NCBI GenBank assembly: GCA_035500755.1
Contig: DATJXB010000227.1
Coordinates: 2,853-66,852, forward strand
Length of the DNA: 64,000 nucleotides
From: Thermoanaerobaculia bacterium
GTDB lineage: Bacteria; Acidobacteriota; Thermoanaerobaculia; UBA5066; Gp7-AA6
Direction: 5' to 3'
Under the pieces are notes generated by a model. That model was not told where the DNA came from. It was given only the letters and a program-made list of their open reading frames with translations, and did no database searches. Below, piece after piece: positions 33,835 to 43,923 of this stretch. The stretch's first letter is position 1. Each line of letters opens with the position of its first letter. Made by a program: the position numbers and the translations under genes.

Positions 33835-34758
33835 ATGGTGAAACGGGTCCTCTGGATCCTCCTGGCAGTGGGGATCGCCGTGGCCGGGGCCTGGGGTTAC
33901 GGCGAGCTCGTGCGGCGGGAGAACGACACGGGCCAGCCCCTGCGCCTGCTCGCGATCGCCGAGGAGCAGAGCCTCGCCCTGTCCTTCTCGCGACGCGGGC
34001 GCCTGACGACGCGCGTGCCCGAGGAAGGCGAAGCGATCGCCGCCGGCCAGGAAGTCGCGCGCATCGAGGAGCCCGGGCTCTCCGAAGACGCCTCCGACAT
34101 CGAGCGCCAGATCTCGCAGGTCAAGGCCCGCGACGCGACGCGCCTCGAAGAGATCGAGAAGCTGCGCGCCCAGTTCGCCTCGGTCGCCTCGGACGAACGG
34201 CGGATCGCCCGGCTCGTCAAGGAAGGCGTGTCGCCGGCGGCGAGCCTCGAGTCGCTCCAGCACCAGCGCGACGCCATCGCCGCCGACATTCGCGCGCGCG
34301 AGGCGGAGAAGGGACAGCTCGACGCCGAGCAGCAGGCGCTCGCCGTGCGTCTCGACAAGATCCGGCACTTCGAAAAGGAAGGCGTCCTCGCCTCGCCGAC
34401 GGGCGGCGTCGTGCTGACCCGCCACCACCGCCTCGGCGAGTGGATCGAGCCGGGGCAGGCGATCGTGACCCTGCAGATCGAGACGCCGTACCTCCGGGTC
34501 GAGGTGCCGGAGGAACGGCTCGCGGCCTTCGCCGTCGGCAAGAGCGTCACCGTCTGGCCGCAGGCCCGCCCCGACGCGCGTTTCCAGGCGAAGATCGTGT
34601 CGATCAAGCCGCGCTCGGAATTCGCGACGCGAAAGAACTGGGGCCTCCAGAGCCGCGACCTGCAGACTTTCTCGGTGCGCCTCCAGCCGCTCAACGGCGC
34701 GGTCGTTTCGGGCCAGGCCTTCGTCGTCGAAGCCGGTCAGTCGCCGCCGAAAGCGTGA
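33835..34758 (+). CDS. HlyD-family membrane fusion protein (307 aa)
   Basis: ATG 33835. TM helix VLWILLAVGIAVAGAW. Coiled coil QISQVKARDATRLEEIEKLRAQ...REAEKGQLDAEQQAL. Beta-barrel tail VVLTRHHRLGEWIEPGQAIVTL. Confidence 0.85.
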   Translation: MVKRVLWILLAVGIAVAGAWGYGELVRRENDTGQPLRLLAIAEEQSLALSFSRRGRLTTRVPEEGEAIAAGQEVARIEEPGLSEDASDIERQISQVKARDATRLEEIEKLRAQFASVASDERRIARLVKEGVSPAASLESLQHQRDAIAADIRAREAEKGQLDAEQQALAVRLDKIRHFEKEGVLASPTGGVVLTRHHRLGEWIEPGQAIVTLQIETPYLRVEVPEERLAAFAVGKSVTVWPQARPDARFQAKIVSIKPRSEFATRKNWGLQSRDLQTFSVRLQPLNGAVVSGQAFVVEAGQSPPKA

Positions 34759-35723
34759 GCTCGCCCCGGCCCCTCGAGGTCGAGCGGCTGACCCGTCGCT
34801 TCGGCGATTTCGTCGCCGACGACGCCGTCACGTTTTCCGTGGGACCGGGCGAGACCTTCGGGCTGCTCGGGCCGAACGGGGCCGGGAAGACGACGCTGAT
34901 CCGCATGGTGACGACCCTGCTGCCGCCGACGTCGGGCACCGCCCGCATCGCGGGCCGGGACGTCGTCCGCGAGAGGGCCGCCGTGCGCCGGGCGATCGGC
35001 ACGGTCTCCCAGGCGCAGACGACCGACGAGAACCTGACGGTGCGCGAGAACCTCGCGGTCCAGGGAAAGATGTACGGCCTCTGGGGGCGGACGCTGCGCC
35101 AGCGGATCGAGCACCGCCTGAAACAGGTCGGCCTGTGGGAGCGGCGCAACCAGGTCGCCCGGCACCTGTCGGGCGGCATGCGGCGGCGCCTCGAGATCGC
35201 CCGCGGCGTGCTGCACCGGCCGCACGTTCTCTTCCTCGACGAGCCGACGACGGGTCTGGACCCGCAGAGCCGCCGGGCGATCTGGGACATGTTCGGCGAA
35301 CTGAAGGCCCATGATCCCGATCTCGCGATCATCCTGACGACCCACGCGATGGAAGAGGCGGACTTCCTCTGCGACCGCGTGGCGATCCTCGACCAGGGAA
35401 GGATCCTCTGTGCGGACTCGCCGGCGGCGTTGAAGCGCGGCCTCGCGACGGGCGAGCGCGTCGAGCTCGAGACCGACCGCCCGATCACCGACGAGGACCG
35501 ACAGGGCATCGTCGACGAAGGCGCGACCGACGTCGTGTTCGCGTCGCCGACGCTCGTCTCGTTCACCGCGAAGCCCGGCGAGGCGACGGGCCGCCGCGTC
35601 GCGCGCCTCCTGGAGATCGAGGGGTATCACATCGTCCACCTGAGGATCGCCCTGGCGACGCTCGAGGACGTCTTCTTCTCCTACACGGGGCGGGCGCTGC
35701 GCGAGCAGCCCCCGGCGTCGTGA
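34755..35723 (+). CDS. ABC transporter ATP-binding protein (322 aa)
   Basis: The GTG start overlaps the HlyD stop (GTGA). Walker [10 protein letters not shown], signature LSGGMRRRL, Walker B VLFLDEPT. Confidence 0.92.
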   Translation: MSSPRPLEVERLTRRFGDFVADDAVTFSVGPGETFGLLGPNGAGKTTLIRMVTTLLPPTSGTARIAGRDVVRERAAVRRAIGTVSQAQTTDENLTVRENLAVQGKMYGLWGRTLRQRIEHRLKQVGLWERRNQVARHLSGGMRRRLEIARGVLHRPHVLFLDEPTTGLDPQSRRAIWDMFGELKAHDPDLAIILTTHAMEEADFLCDRVAILDQGRILCADSPAALKRGLATGERVELETDRPITDEDRQGIVDEGATDVVFASPTLVSFTAKPGEATGRRVARLLEIEGYHIVHLRIALATLEDVFFSYTGRALREQPPAS

Positions 35724-36844
35724 GCCGGGAGAGCGCGGCCCGCGGGCCGATGCTCGCGCTGCTCGGCGTCCTGGCGATCGGGCAGCGCGCGTTTCTGACG
35801 CTGTGGCGGCAGCCCGTGCTCGTCGTGTCGACGATGATCTTCCCGGTCGTCTACCTGCTCGTCCTCGGCAACGCCATGAACCGGCCGCTCGAGCGCGTGC
35901 CGATCGCGGTCGTCGACGAGGCCGGCAACGCCTACGCCGCCGAATGCCGGCGCGCGGTCCTGGCGCTCGAAACCGGGCGCCGCCTCGTCGCGGCGAGCTT
36001 CGTGGCGGACCGCGCCGAGGCGCTCGACGGGTTGCGGCGCGGCCGCTACCGGGGAATCTGGGTGCTGCCGTTCGGGCTCTCCCCGTCGGGGCCGGCGCCC
36101 TCGTTCATCGGCGACAACACGGACCGCTTCTCCTTCGAGACGCTCGAGGCGGCGCTGCGGCAGGTCTGGCAGGAGGTCTCGGCGCCGCCGGACGTCGCGC
36201 CGGCCGCCCCGTCGGTCCGCCTCGAGGCGTATCCGTATCTCGACTACCTGACGTACCTCGGGCCGGCGGTCGTGTGCCTGGCGATCTTCATGGGGTCGAT
36301 GGTCTCGGGCGGTCTACAGGTTCTCGAGGACCGGATGTACGGGTACCACGAGGGCTATCTCGTCACGCCGATCACCACGGGGACGCTCGTGGCGGGGCAC
36401 GTGCTGGCCGGCGCGATCGTCGCGTCACTCGCCGGCGGCCTCGTGCTGACGGCGATCCTGATCATCACGCCGCTCCCGATGGCGGGCAACGCGAGCGTCG
36501 CGGCGGCGGGGATGACCGTCTTTCTGACATCGACGGCGATCGCGGCGCTCTGGTTCCTCCTCTTCGCGCGCGCCCGGAGCGCGACGCTCCTGCGCGGCAT
36601 GTTCGGGATCATCAACGTGCTGCTGTTCTTCCCGTCGGGCGCGCTGTACCCGGTCGAGTCGTACCCGCCGTGGCTGGCGAAGCTTTCGGCCGCCGACCCG
36701 CTGACCTACGGCGTCCGCGCCCTGCGCAACCTGCTGCTGCGCGGGGCGGCGCCGCCGGCCGTCTACGCGGACTGGGTGTTTCTCGCGACCTTCACGATCG
36801 TCGCCGCGGTGCTGACGAAGGTGTTGTTCCGGCGGGAGGTTTGA
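35720..36844 (+). CDS. ABC-2 type transporter permease (374 aa)
   Basis: The GTG start overlaps the ATPase stop (GTGA). N-terminal TM helix, a large loop, then 5 C-terminal TM helices, which is typical ABC-2 topology. Confidence 0.85.
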   Translation: MSRESAARGPMLALLGVLAIGQRAFLTLWRQPVLVVSTMIFPVVYLLVLGNAMNRPLERVPIAVVDEAGNAYAAECRRAVLALETGRRLVAASFVADRAEALDGLRRGRYRGIWVLPFGLSPSGPAPSFIGDNTDRFSFETLEAALRQVWQEVSAPPDVAPAAPSVRLEAYPYLDYLTYLGPAVVCLAIFMGSMVSGGLQVLEDRMYGYHEGYLVTPITTGTLVAGHVLAGAIVASLAGGLVLTAILIITPLPMAGNASVAAAGMTVFLTSTAIAALWFLLFARARSATLLRGMFGIINVLLFFPSGALYPVESYPPWLAKLSAADPLTYGVRALRNLLLRGAAPPAVYADWVFLATFTIVAAVLTKVLFRREV

Positions 36845-36885
36845 TCGGCGGTCCGCAAGGAAACGTCGAGAACCTGCTGCGTTCG

Positions 36886-38091
36886 CTACGCCCCGCGGAA
36901 GTAGTTCTCGAACTCCTCCGGGTGGGCCGCGCGGGCGCGCGCCTCCTCGAGCTCGACGACGCCGTCCTTCGCGAGACGCGCGAGCGACTCCTCGAGCGTG
37001 ATCGAGCCCTGCTTGCGCGTGATGGCGATCTCCTGGTGGAGGTGCTGCAGCGCGTTCTTGCGGATGTGCTGGCGGGCGCCGTAGCTGACGTAGAGGAGCT
37101 CGGCCGCCGCGGCGCGACCGCCGCCCTTCTTCGGCAGGAGCGTCTGCGTCAGCACGGCCGCGAGCGACATCGAGAGCTCCTGCCGGATCGTGTTCTGCCG
37201 CTCCGCCGGGAACGAGTCGGCGATGCGCGACACGGTCGACGCGACGTCCGTCGTGTGCACGGTCGAGAAGACGAGGTGCCCCGTTTCGGCGGCGGCGAGG
37301 GCGATTCGCATGGTCTCGGGGTCGCGCATCTCGCCGACGACGATGACGTCCGGCGCCTGGCGCAGCGCCGCCCGCAGCGCGGTCGGAAAGTCCGGCGCGT
37401 CGACGCCGATCTCGACCTGCTCGACGAGGCTCGCGCGGTGCGGGTGCTCGTACTCGACGGGGTCCTCGATCGTGACGATGTGCCGGGGATCGCGCCGGTT
37501 GATCTCCTCGACGAGCGCCGCGAGCGTCGTCGTCTTGCCGGAGCCGGTCGGGCCGCCGACGAGAACGAGGCCGCGGGGCAGCTTCGTCAGAGCCTCGGTT
37601 CCGGGCGGCAGGCTGAGCGTCGAGAGCCTTGGCGGCTGGGTCGGCAGGGCGCGGACGGCGGCGGCGGCGCGGCCGCGCTCGCGGTGCAGGTTGACGCGGA
37701 ACCGGCCCACGCCGCGCACGCGGTGGGAGCCGTCGGCGATCCCGGCGTCGCGGTACTGCGCGCGCGCGTGCGCGCCGAGCGCCGGCAGGACGGCCTCTTC
37801 GATCTCTTCGCCCGACAGCGGCGGCGCGGCGAGCGGCGTCACGCGGCCGTCCAGGCGGATCGCCGGCGGCGAGCCCGCCACGAGCAGGAGGTCGCTGCCG
37901 GCGCGGCGGACCAGCTCCTCGAGCCAGGCGTCGAGCCGCGTGGCGTCGGCCGGCTCGGCCCGGATGGCGCGCGCGCCGGAGACGGGCTGATCCGCGTTCA
38001 GCTCGCGGATGAGTCGGTTGATGTCCTCGGTGTCGTCTTCCACTGTTTCTTCGAACGGATACGGACGGGGCGTCCGTTTCGTCCAGGGCAT
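36886..38091 (-). CDS. pilT: Type IV pilus retraction ATPase PilT/PilU family (401 aa)
   Basis: Walker [39 protein letters not shown] (His box). There is an N-terminal ~60-aa acidic extension. Confidence 0.88.
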   Translation of the reverse strand: MPWTKRTPRPYPFEETVEDDTEDINRLIRELNADQPVSGARAIRAEPADATRLDAWLEELVRRAGSDLLLVAGSPPAIRLDGRVTPLAAPPLSGEEIEEAVLPALGAHARAQYRDAGIADGSHRVRGVGRFRVNLHRERGRAAAAVRALPTQPPRLSTLSLPPGTEALTKLPRGLVLVGGPTGSGKTTTLAALVEEINRRDPRHIVTIEDPVEYEHPHRASLVEQVEIGVDAPDFPTALRAALRQAPDVIVVGEMRDPETMRIALAAAETGHLVFSTVHTTDVASTVSRIADSFPAERQNTIRQELSMSLAAVLTQTLLPKKGGGRAAAAELLYVSYGARQHIRKNALQHLHQEIAITRKQGSITLEESLARLAKDGVVELEEARARAAHPEEFENYFRGA

Positions 38092-38118
38092 AAGCTTAGG
38101 GCAATCCGGAGGCCTGCC

Positions 38119-38598
38119 ATGAGCGCTCCCGAATCCCCGCGGCCGCCGCTGCCCCCGTTCGACGCCTCCACGGCAGTCCAGAAGGTGCGCCTCGCCGAGG
38201 ACGCCTGGAACACGCGGACCCCCGAAAAGGTGGCGCTGGCCTACACGCCCGACAGCGTCTGGCGCAACCGCGCCGAGTTCATTTCAGGGCGCGAGGCGAT
38301 CGCCGCCTTCCTGAAGCGCAAATGGGCCCGCGAGCTCGATTACCGGCTCATCAAGGAGCTCTGGGCGTTCCACGAAAGCCGGATCGCCGTGCGCTTCGCG
38401 TACGAGTGGCACGACGACTCGGGAAGCTGGTTCCGGTCGTACGGCAACGAGAACTGGGAGTTCGACGACAAGGGCTACATGCGCCGGCGGATCGCGTCGA
38501 TCAACGACCTGCCGATCGCGGAGCCGGATCGGAAGTTCCGCTGGCCGCTCGGCCGGCGCCCGGACGACCACCCGGGGTTGAGCGAGCTCGGACTGTAG
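38119..38598 (+). CDS. DUF1348 family (NTF2/SnoaL-like) protein (159 aa)
   Basis: [26 protein letters not shown]...[37 protein letters not shown]...[26 protein letters not shown]...[18 protein letters not shown] closely matches the family as I remember it. Confidence 0.9.
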   Translation: MSAPESPRPPLPPFDASTAVQKVRLAEDAWNTRTPEKVALAYTPDSVWRNRAEFISGREAIAAFLKRKWARELDYRLIKELWAFHESRIAVRFAYEWHDDSGSWFRSYGNENWEFDDKGYMRRRIASINDLPIAEPDRKFRWPLGRRPDDHPGLSELGL

Positions 38599-38616
38599 GG
38601 TCGGGCGCGCGCCCCC

Positions 38617-39636
38617 TCAGCCCTCGAGCGGCAGGCGCCAGTCCGTGTGCGGCGCGTGGTTCTCGAAGATCCAGCCGCGGAAGAGCCGTCCATAGGTCGT
38701 CGGCTGCCAGCCGATCTCGTCGAAGAAGGGCCGCAGCGCGAGGTGCAGGCGCCGCAGCTTGTAGAACGGCACCCCGGGGAAGTAGTGGTGCTCGAGGTGG
38801 TACGACGACGAGAGGTACCAGAACTCCCAGAACCGCGACGGCTTCAGGATCGAGCCCCACTTCGCCGGATCGGCCGGGTCGATCGCGTAGTGCTGCCCGA
38901 GGCGGTTCAACGCGAAGGCGATGGGGAAGACGAAGAACACGGGAACGAGATAGACGCGCGCGAGCACGCCGAAGCCGCCGAAGGCGTAAAGGGCCGCCAT
39001 GACCCCGACGTGGAAGAGGATGGTGACACGCCGCTCCCGCGCGATGCGCCGCCGGATCTCGGGCGGATACGTGGCCGTTTCCCGGCGCGCCGCGCGGAAG
39101 TAGATCGGGAAGAGCGCGGGCGTGAAGTAGAGCAGCTTGTACCAGGCGCGGTTGATCTTCGGCGAGAGGTAGTGCCGCTTGGGGTCCGCCACCGGGTCGC
39201 CGAGCTCGGCGTGGTGCGTCAGATGCCAGCGCGTGAACTGCGTCGCGGAGATTCCGGAGGGCACCGCGTAGAGGAGCGAGAGGAATCGGTCGCCGCGCGG
39301 ATGCGGCCCGTTGAAGACCGCGTGGTGCAGGGCGTCGTGGAGCAGCACCGTGAAGTTGAAGACCGTCCAGCCCGAGACGACCGCCGCCGGGATCCAGATC
39401 CAGGGCTGCGGGTATCGCCACGCGACGGCGGCGGCGGCGAGGACCATCAGGAACTGCCGCGCCGCGACGGCGGCGTGGCGCGCGGGGCTCTTGCGGTGGA
39501 GCTCCTTCAGGAGCTCGTGGGGGATGCTCCTGTTGAGACGGTGCCGGAGCTCCTTCGAGGCTTTCGCCCAGTAGTGCTCGCCCGGCGCGATTTCGTCGGG
39601 GCGGGGAGACGTTCCGGCGTTCGGGTTGGCGCTCAT
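38617..39636 (-). CDS. Membrane fatty-acid desaturase family protein (339 aa)
   Basis: Three His boxes: HDALHH, HLTHHAELG, HLEHHYFPGVPFY. Confidence 0.88.
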   Translation of the reverse strand: MSANPNAGTSPRPDEIAPGEHYWAKASKELRHRLNRSIPHELLKELHRKSPARHAAVAARQFLMVLAAAAVAWRYPQPWIWIPAAVVSGWTVFNFTVLLHDALHHAVFNGPHPRGDRFLSLLYAVPSGISATQFTRWHLTHHAELGDPVADPKRHYLSPKINRAWYKLLYFTPALFPIYFRAARRETATYPPEIRRRIARERRVTILFHVGVMAALYAFGGFGVLARVYLVPVFFVFPIAFALNRLGQHYAIDPADPAKWGSILKPSRFWEFWYLSSSYHLEHHYFPGVPFYKLRRLHLALRPFFDEIGWQPTTYGRLFRGWIFENHAPHTDWRLPLEG

Positions 39637-39689
39637 GCGACGGCGTCGTCCCCGGAGAACCTCCGGAGAGACGGCCTTATTCTACGGCC

Positions 39690-40847
39690 GTGGGCGACTC
39701 GCGCGTTTTGCTCGGCCGCCTCTACCGCGCGGCGCTCGAGGGCGCGGATCCGGAGGCGGCGGTGCGCCGCGCGCTCGCGCGGCCGGACGTGGCGCGCGCG
39801 CTCGCGGGAGCGAGGACGGTCGGCCTCTTCGCCGCCGGCAAGGCGGCGGCCGCGATGGCCCGCGGCGCCCGGTCGGTCGGCGGGGCGCGGCGGCTCGTCA
39901 TCCTGCCCCGCGGACACGCCAGACTCGGCCTGCCGACGCGCGACGTCGCGCTCGCGTCGCATCCCGAGCCGGACTCGTCGAGCGCGCGCGCGGCCCGGCG
40001 CGCCCGCCGCTTCTTTCGCGGCTTCGGGGAAGGCGACGTGATCCTCTGCCTGGTGTCCGGCGGGACGTCCTCGCTTCTGGCGCTCCCACGCCCCGGCCTG
40101 ACGCTCGCGGCCAAGCGGCGCGCCGTGCGCGCGCTGGCGAACCGGGGCGCCTCCATCCTCGCGTTGAACCGGCTGCGGACGTCGCTCTCGGCGGTCAAGG
40201 GCGGCCGCCTCGGGCGCGAGACGCGCGCCCGCCTGGTCACGCTCGTTCTGTCCGACGTGCCGGGCGACCGCGCGGCCGCCGTCGGGTCGGGGCCGACGAT
40301 CCGCGGCCGGCGCGGAGACGTCGTCCGGGTCGTCGCGTCGAATCGCGCGGGTCTCGACGCCGCGGCGCGCGCCGCTCGGGCCGCGGGCGTCCGCGTGGTG
40401 CGGTGGCCGAAACGGCTTGCGGGGGAGGCGCGGCGAGCGGGAGAACGGCTCGGGCGCGCCGCGTCGGCGCTGCCGCGCGGGACGGTGCTTCTCGCGGGCG
40501 GCGAGACGACCGTGACGCTGTCCGGCACGCGCGGCCGCGGCGGACGGAGCCTCGAGCTCGCGCTCGGCGCGGCCATGGCGCTGGAGCCGCGAGCCGGCGT
40601 GACCGTCCTCGCCGCGGGTTCGGACGGCCTCGACGGCAGCTCGGGAGCCGCCGGGGCCTACGCGGACGGCCGGACAGTCGGGCGCGCGCGGCGCCTCCGC
40701 CGCGACGCGCGGGAAGCCCTCGCGCGCCACGACACGCGGGCTCTTTTCGCCGCCCTGGACGACCTCTTCGTGACCGGCCCGACCGGCGGGAACGTCGGCG
40801 ACTGGGTCTTTCTGGCGCGAGAACCGCTTCGGGGGCGCCCCGTATAA
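39690..40847 (+). CDS. Glycerate 2-kinase / hydroxypyruvate reductase-like (DUF4147 + MOFRL) protein (385 aa)
   Basis: GTG start. LVSGGTSSLLALP, LSAVKGGRLG, LVLSDVPGD, GSGPT, LLAGGETTVTL, GRGGRSLELAL, AAGSDGLDG, TGPTGGNVGD. Confidence 0.8.
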   Translation: MGDSRVLLGRLYRAALEGADPEAAVRRALARPDVARALAGARTVGLFAAGKAAAAMARGARSVGGARRLVILPRGHARLGLPTRDVALASHPEPDSSSARAARRARRFFRGFGEGDVILCLVSGGTSSLLALPRPGLTLAAKRRAVRALANRGASILALNRLRTSLSAVKGGRLGRETRARLVTLVLSDVPGDRAAAVGSGPTIRGRRGDVVRVVASNRAGLDAAARAARAAGVRVVRWPKRLAGEARRAGERLGRAASALPRGTVLLAGGETTVTLSGTRGRGGRSLELALGAAMALEPRAGVTVLAAGSDGLDGSSGAAGAYADGRTVGRARRLRRDAREALARHDTRALFAALDDLFVTGPTGGNVGDWVFLAREPLRGRPV

Positions 40848-40861
40848 TCCACCGTTCGCCC

Positions 40862-42436
40862 ATGCCGACAACGCCCAGGAACCGGGAGCGCGCCGCCCTC
40901 GAGCGGTACACGGAAGAGCCGAACCGCTTCGGCGCCTACCGCCTCGCGCTGGGCTTCCCGAATTCCTACGAAGTCGGCATGTCGAACCTGGGCTTCCAGT
41001 GGGTCCACCGCCTGTTCAACCGCGTTCCGGACCTCGCCTGCGAGCGCTTCTTTTTCGAGGAAGGCGAGCCCGCGGCGACGTTCGAGACGGGGACACCGCT
41101 GTCGGAGTTCGGCCTGCTCGCGTGGTCGCTGTCGTGGGAGATGGACATCGTCAACATCCTGCGCACGCTCGACGCGGCCGGCATTCCGCGGCGCCGCGAG
41201 CTCCGGGACGAGCGGCACCCGCTGCTGCTCGTCGGCGGCGACATCGCCCGGATGAACCCGGCGGCGCTGTCGCCGTTCGTCGACGCCTTCGCGCTCGGCG
41301 ACGGCGAGCGTCTGGTGCCCCGGATCGCCGAGCTGCTGCAGGCCGGCCTCGACCGAGGCGCGTTTCTCGAGGCCGCGGCCGCGCTGCCGGGCTTCTTCGT
41401 GCCGGACGTCCAGGGCGCGCGCGCCGAGGGCGCCGGCGAGGGCCGCGTCGTCGTGCAGCAGCCGATGTCGCGCAAGGAGATCGGCCCGGCGTTCGAGGTG
41501 CCGCACACGACGATCCTGACGCCGCGCACGGAGCTCGCCGACAAGCTCCTGATCGAGATCTCGCGCGGCTGCACCGAGATGTGCCGCTTCTGCTGGGCCG
41601 CGTACGCGATGGCGCCCGTCAAGCAGTATCCGGCGGCGTCGATCCTCGACGCCGCGCGCCGGGCGCGGCCGCTGACCGACCGCGTCGGTCTGATCGCGAC
41701 GGCGGTCTGCGATCACCCCGAGATCTCGACGATCCTCGAAGGTCTCGCGGGCCTCGGGTACCACATCGCGCTTTCCTCCATCAAGATCGACGCGATCGAC
41801 GACCGGATCCTGGAGGTGCTCGTGCGGCAGGGCGAGCGCGCGCTCGCGATCGCCCCCGAGGCCGGCAACGAGCGGCTGCGCCGCTTCATCAACAAGAAGG
41901 TCTCCGATGCGATGCTGGACGAGAAGGCGCGCCTCGTCTTCGCGCGCGGGTTCACGCGCCTGAAGCTCTACCTCCAGGTCGGCCTGCCGTCGGAGACGGA
42001 CGCCGACGTCGCCGACATCGTCGGGCTCGTGGCACGGCTGCACGAGATCGCCGTGGAGGAGGGACGCCGCCTCGGGCGCATCGCCGAGATCGTGCCCTCG
42101 GTCAACGCCTTTATCCCGAAGCCGCACACGCCGTACGAGGACGAGGCGCTCCACGACGAGGCGGAGCTCCAGGAGAAGCTGGTGTTCCTGCAGCGCGAGC
42201 TCTCGAAGATCCCGAACGTCGTCTTCCGCGGCATGCCCGTCGGCGAGGCGGTCTGGGAGGCGTTCCTCGCCAAGGTGGACGAGTCCGGCGCCGACATTCT
42301 CGAGGAGGCTGCCGCGGGCACGCCCGTGCGCCGCCTCTTGAAGACCCATCGTGACCGCATCGCCGCCGTCGTGCGTCCCGGAAGCGTCCGGCCGCCGTCG
42401 TCGGCCGCCCCGTGGAGTTTCATTGCGAAGCGTTGA
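40862..42436 (+). CDS. Radical SAM protein with B12-binding-like N-terminal region, unknown substrate (524 aa)
   Basis: ATG 40862. The CxxxCxxC cluster motif is ISRGCTEMCRFCWAAY. The N-terminal part LALGFPNSYEVGMSNLGFQ...LLLVGGDIARMNP looks Rossmann-like. Confidence 0.85.
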   Translation: MPTTPRNRERAALERYTEEPNRFGAYRLALGFPNSYEVGMSNLGFQWVHRLFNRVPDLACERFFFEEGEPAATFETGTPLSEFGLLAWSLSWEMDIVNILRTLDAAGIPRRRELRDERHPLLLVGGDIARMNPAALSPFVDAFALGDGERLVPRIAELLQAGLDRGAFLEAAAALPGFFVPDVQGARAEGAGEGRVVVQQPMSRKEIGPAFEVPHTTILTPRTELADKLLIEISRGCTEMCRFCWAAYAMAPVKQYPAASILDAARRARPLTDRVGLIATAVCDHPEISTILEGLAGLGYHIALSSIKIDAIDDRILEVLVRQGERALAIAPEAGNERLRRFINKKVSDAMLDEKARLVFARGFTRLKLYLQVGLPSETDADVADIVGLVARLHEIAVEEGRRLGRIAEIVPSVNAFIPKPHTPYEDEALHDEAELQEKLVFLQRELSKIPNVVFRGMPVGEAVWEAFLAKVDESGADILEEAAAGTPVRRLLKTHRDRIAAVVRPGSVRPPSSAAPWSFIAKR

Positions 42437-42446
42437 GAGGAGAGCC

Positions 42447-43904
42447 GTGAAGAAAATCGAAGGTCGAAATCCGAAAGCCGAAGGTCTGGGCCGGACACTG
42501 TGCCTCGGGGCGGCGCTGCTCCTGGGCGCCGCGGCGGTGTTCGCGGTCGACGCGCCGCTGACGCCCGATCCGGCGGCGTTCAAGGCGCGGCGCGAGAAGT
42601 TCATGTCGATGATGGCGCCGAAGTCGATCGCGGTCCTCCGGACGGCGCCCACGCGGGTCATGACGAACGACGTTCACTATCCCTATCGTCAGGACAACGA
42701 CTTCTACTACCTGACGGGGATCACCGAGGACGACGTCACGGCGGTCCTCCGTCCGGACGCGCCGGACGGCAAGAAGTACGTCCTGTTTCTGCGGCCGCGC
42801 GACCTGAAGCGCGAGGCCTGGGCGGGCGCGCGGGTCGGTCCCGACGAGGCGCTCGCCGCCTACGGCGCGGACGCCGCGTTTCCCCTGAAAGATTTCGACT
42901 CGAAGATGGCCGACTTCGACCGCACGACCTACAAGACGAGCGGCTATCTGATCGGGGCCGAGAAGCTCTACCTGTCCGACGGCCATGACGAGGGTTGGAT
43001 GTCGACCTTCGACAAGAGCTACCAGCAGCTGCGCGCCCACGACGAGGGCCCGGCCTCGATCGTCGACGCCCGCGGCATCATCCACGAAATGCGCCTGATC
43101 AAGGACGCCGAGGAGCTGCGCTTCATGCGCCGCGCCGCCGAGGTGTCCGCGCAGGGCCACGTCAAGGCGATGCAGGCCGTGGCGCCGGGCAAGTGGGAGT
43201 TCGAGGTCCAGGAAGCGCTCGACGGCTGGTGCTCGATGAACGGCGTGCGCCGCATGGCGTATCCGTCGATCGACGGCTCCGGGCCGAACTCCTGCGTCCT
43301 CCATTACGAGGACAGCTCCCGGCAGGCGAAGGACGGCGAGCTTTTCCTGAACGACTCGGGCGCCGAGTACGGCATGTACGCGACCGACATCACGCGCACG
43401 TATCCGGTCAACGGCCACTTCTCGCCCGAGCAGAAGGCGATCTACGAGATCGTGCTCGACGCCCAGAAGAAGGGGATGGCGATCGTCAAGCCGGGGATCC
43501 CGCACGACCAGATCGAGGCGACCTGCGCGCTCGCCCAGGCCGAGGGACTCGTGAAGCTGGGTCTCTTGCAGGGCGATCCGGCGACGCTCGTCAAGAGCAT
43601 GGGCCACCGGAAGCTCACGCTGCACGGGGTGTCGCACTGGGTCGGCCTCGACGTCCACGACCAGTCCGCGTACCGGGGAGCCGACGGCAAGTCCCGCGTC
43701 CTCGAGCCCGGCATGGTGTTCACGATCGAGCCGGGGATCTACATCCCGGCCAACACCGCGGGCGTCGACCCGAAATGGTGGAACATCGGCGTGCGGATCG
43801 AGGACACGGTGCTCGTCACGAAGGACGGTTATGACTGCCTTTCGTGCGGGGCGCCGCGCGAGGTCGTCGAGGTCGAGAAGACCGTCCAGTCGGGCAAGAA
43901 GTAG
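42447..43904 (+). CDS. pepP: Xaa-Pro aminopeptidase (M24B), exported (485 aa)
   Basis: GTG 42447 with GAGAGGAGAG upstream. Signal peptide LCLGAALLLGAAAVFA. YPYRQDNDFYYLTG, metal-ligand context LFLNDSGAEYGMYATDITRT, HGVSHWVGLDVHD, FTIEPGIY, GVRIEDTV. Confidence 0.9.
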   Translation: MKKIEGRNPKAEGLGRTLCLGAALLLGAAAVFAVDAPLTPDPAAFKARREKFMSMMAPKSIAVLRTAPTRVMTNDVHYPYRQDNDFYYLTGITEDDVTAVLRPDAPDGKKYVLFLRPRDLKREAWAGARVGPDEALAAYGADAAFPLKDFDSKMADFDRTTYKTSGYLIGAEKLYLSDGHDEGWMSTFDKSYQQLRAHDEGPASIVDARGIIHEMRLIKDAEELRFMRRAAEVSAQGHVKAMQAVAPGKWEFEVQEALDGWCSMNGVRRMAYPSIDGSGPNSCVLHYEDSSRQAKDGELFLNDSGAEYGMYATDITRTYPVNGHFSPEQKAIYEIVLDAQKKGMAIVKPGIPHDQIEATCALAQAEGLVKLGLLQGDPATLVKSMGHRKLTLHGVSHWVGLDVHDQSAYRGADGKSRVLEPGMVFTIEPGIYIPANTAGVDPKWWNIGVRIEDTVLVTKDGYDCLSCGAPREVVEVEKTVQSGKK

Positions 43905-43923
43905 CGCCGCGGCGGCCCGCGCC

